A stretch of 64,000 nucleotides of DNA from a virus, in the IMG/VR virus record IMGVR_UViG_3300048851_000098, positions 1-64,000 of that record; one strand, written 5' to 3'. Below the pieces are notes generated by a model. It did not search any database and was not told where the DNA came from. It saw only the letters and a list, made by a program, of their open reading frames with translations. A program made the position numbers and the translations under genes. Below, piece after piece: positions 63,443 to 64,000 of this stretch (positions within the stretch are counted from its first letter, which is position 1; each line of letters opens with the position of its first letter).

Positions 63443-64000
63443 ATGGCTCTGAATGGTCGGCTGCCGGCATCGGATCTCGCGCCAATTGCCGGCGGTCAAC
63501 TCCGCAAAGACGCAGCATTGCGATGGAATGCAATGAACTACTCGCGTCGCAAGAACGGTCTTACCACCATTCTTCCCAATGGTCCGCAAAGTTCGTATCG
63601 AACTTATAACGGACAAGTGCTGATGCGTAATATGTGGTGTGGAATGGGTAAGTGCGGAAACGCTGCCATTCCAGGCACATCAAATCACGGCTGGGGGCTT
63701 GCGGTAGACGCGAATAACCCTGCTGGTGTGAGTGCATCTGGTGCTCCGTATGGCTATCAAAAGAGATGGTCAGACGCATCATGGGAACCATGGCACTTCA
63801 AGTGGGCAGGGTTCGGATCTACGGTCGGCGGTGCTCCTACAGCAATCGACCGTGTTCGCGAGAATCCGCTGCGCCTTGGAAGCAAGAGCACGGATGTTCG
63901 AGACATTCAAATCTGGCTTCGTCGCGGTGGATACATTCGCAGAAACGCCAGAATTGCAAAGAATGTTGGCACTATGGGTCCAGCAACAGTTAGTGCCGTA
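63443..64000 (+). CDS. Endolysin: M15 (VanY-like) peptidase plus peptidoglycan-binding domain (3'-truncated)
   Basis: SSYRT, PGTSNHGWGLAVD, EPWH, then LRLGSKSTDVRDIQ.WL; runs off the window end. Confidence 0.85.
   Translation, partial: MALNGRLPASDLAPIAGGQLRKDAALRWNAMNYSRRKNGLTTILPNGPQSSYRTYNGQVLMRNMWCGMGKCGNAAIPGTSNHGWGLAVDANNPAGVSASGAPYGYQKRWSDASWEPWHFKWAGFGSTVGGAPTAIDRVRENPLRLGSKSTDVRDIQIWLRRGGYIRRNARIAKNVGTMGPATVSAV

Noticed and set aside
1-64000. Stop-codon reassignment or suppressor tRNAs
   Set aside because: Long conserved genes are intact under code 11, and no canonical CTA/TTA/TCA-anticodon tRNA was found; the UCA element has a 5-nt loop
1-64000. CRISPR array, integrase, IS elements
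   Set aside because: No regularly spaced repeats, recombinase or transposase motifs seen; the Cas4-like gene is a solo phage nuclease

Overview
The window is a contiguous piece of a large tailed dsDNA phage genome with siphovirus-type head and tail genes. The host is most likely an actinobacterium; three proteins resemble Thermoleophilia/Solirubrobacterales proteins as I recall them, which is an inference. Layout: (1-25.7 kb, +) LamG/BppU fibre genes, head genes, tail genes with a -1 frameshift chaperone, a 2662-aa tape measure, Dit/Tal and membrane proteins; (26-32.8 kb, -) accessory genes including a PurA-like enzyme, a vWA protein and an SF2 helicase; (33-42.5 kb, +) GNAT, RNase H, HNH genes and an array of 27 CCA-less tRNAs covering all 20 amino acids; (42.6-57.8 kb, +) replication and recombination genes (DnaB, primase, SSB, DnaE, RecA, Cas4-like nuclease, RusA); (57.8-64 kb, +) terminase, a portal-MuF fusion and a truncated M15 endolysin. 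The most striking unexplained signal is non-coding. About ten strongly base-paired 75-265 nt spacers and several anticodon-defective tRNA mimics are interleaved with the tRNAs, so normal tRNA processing could release them. Other highlights are a c-di-GMP-I-like aptamer in front of the distal tail genes, a stand-alone TyrRS-type S4 domain, a 38-aa peptide resembling the NrdJ C-terminal Zn ribbon, and two genes that appear to need non-canonical start codons. All assignments come from reading motifs and base pairing by eye; no searches or folding programs were run.
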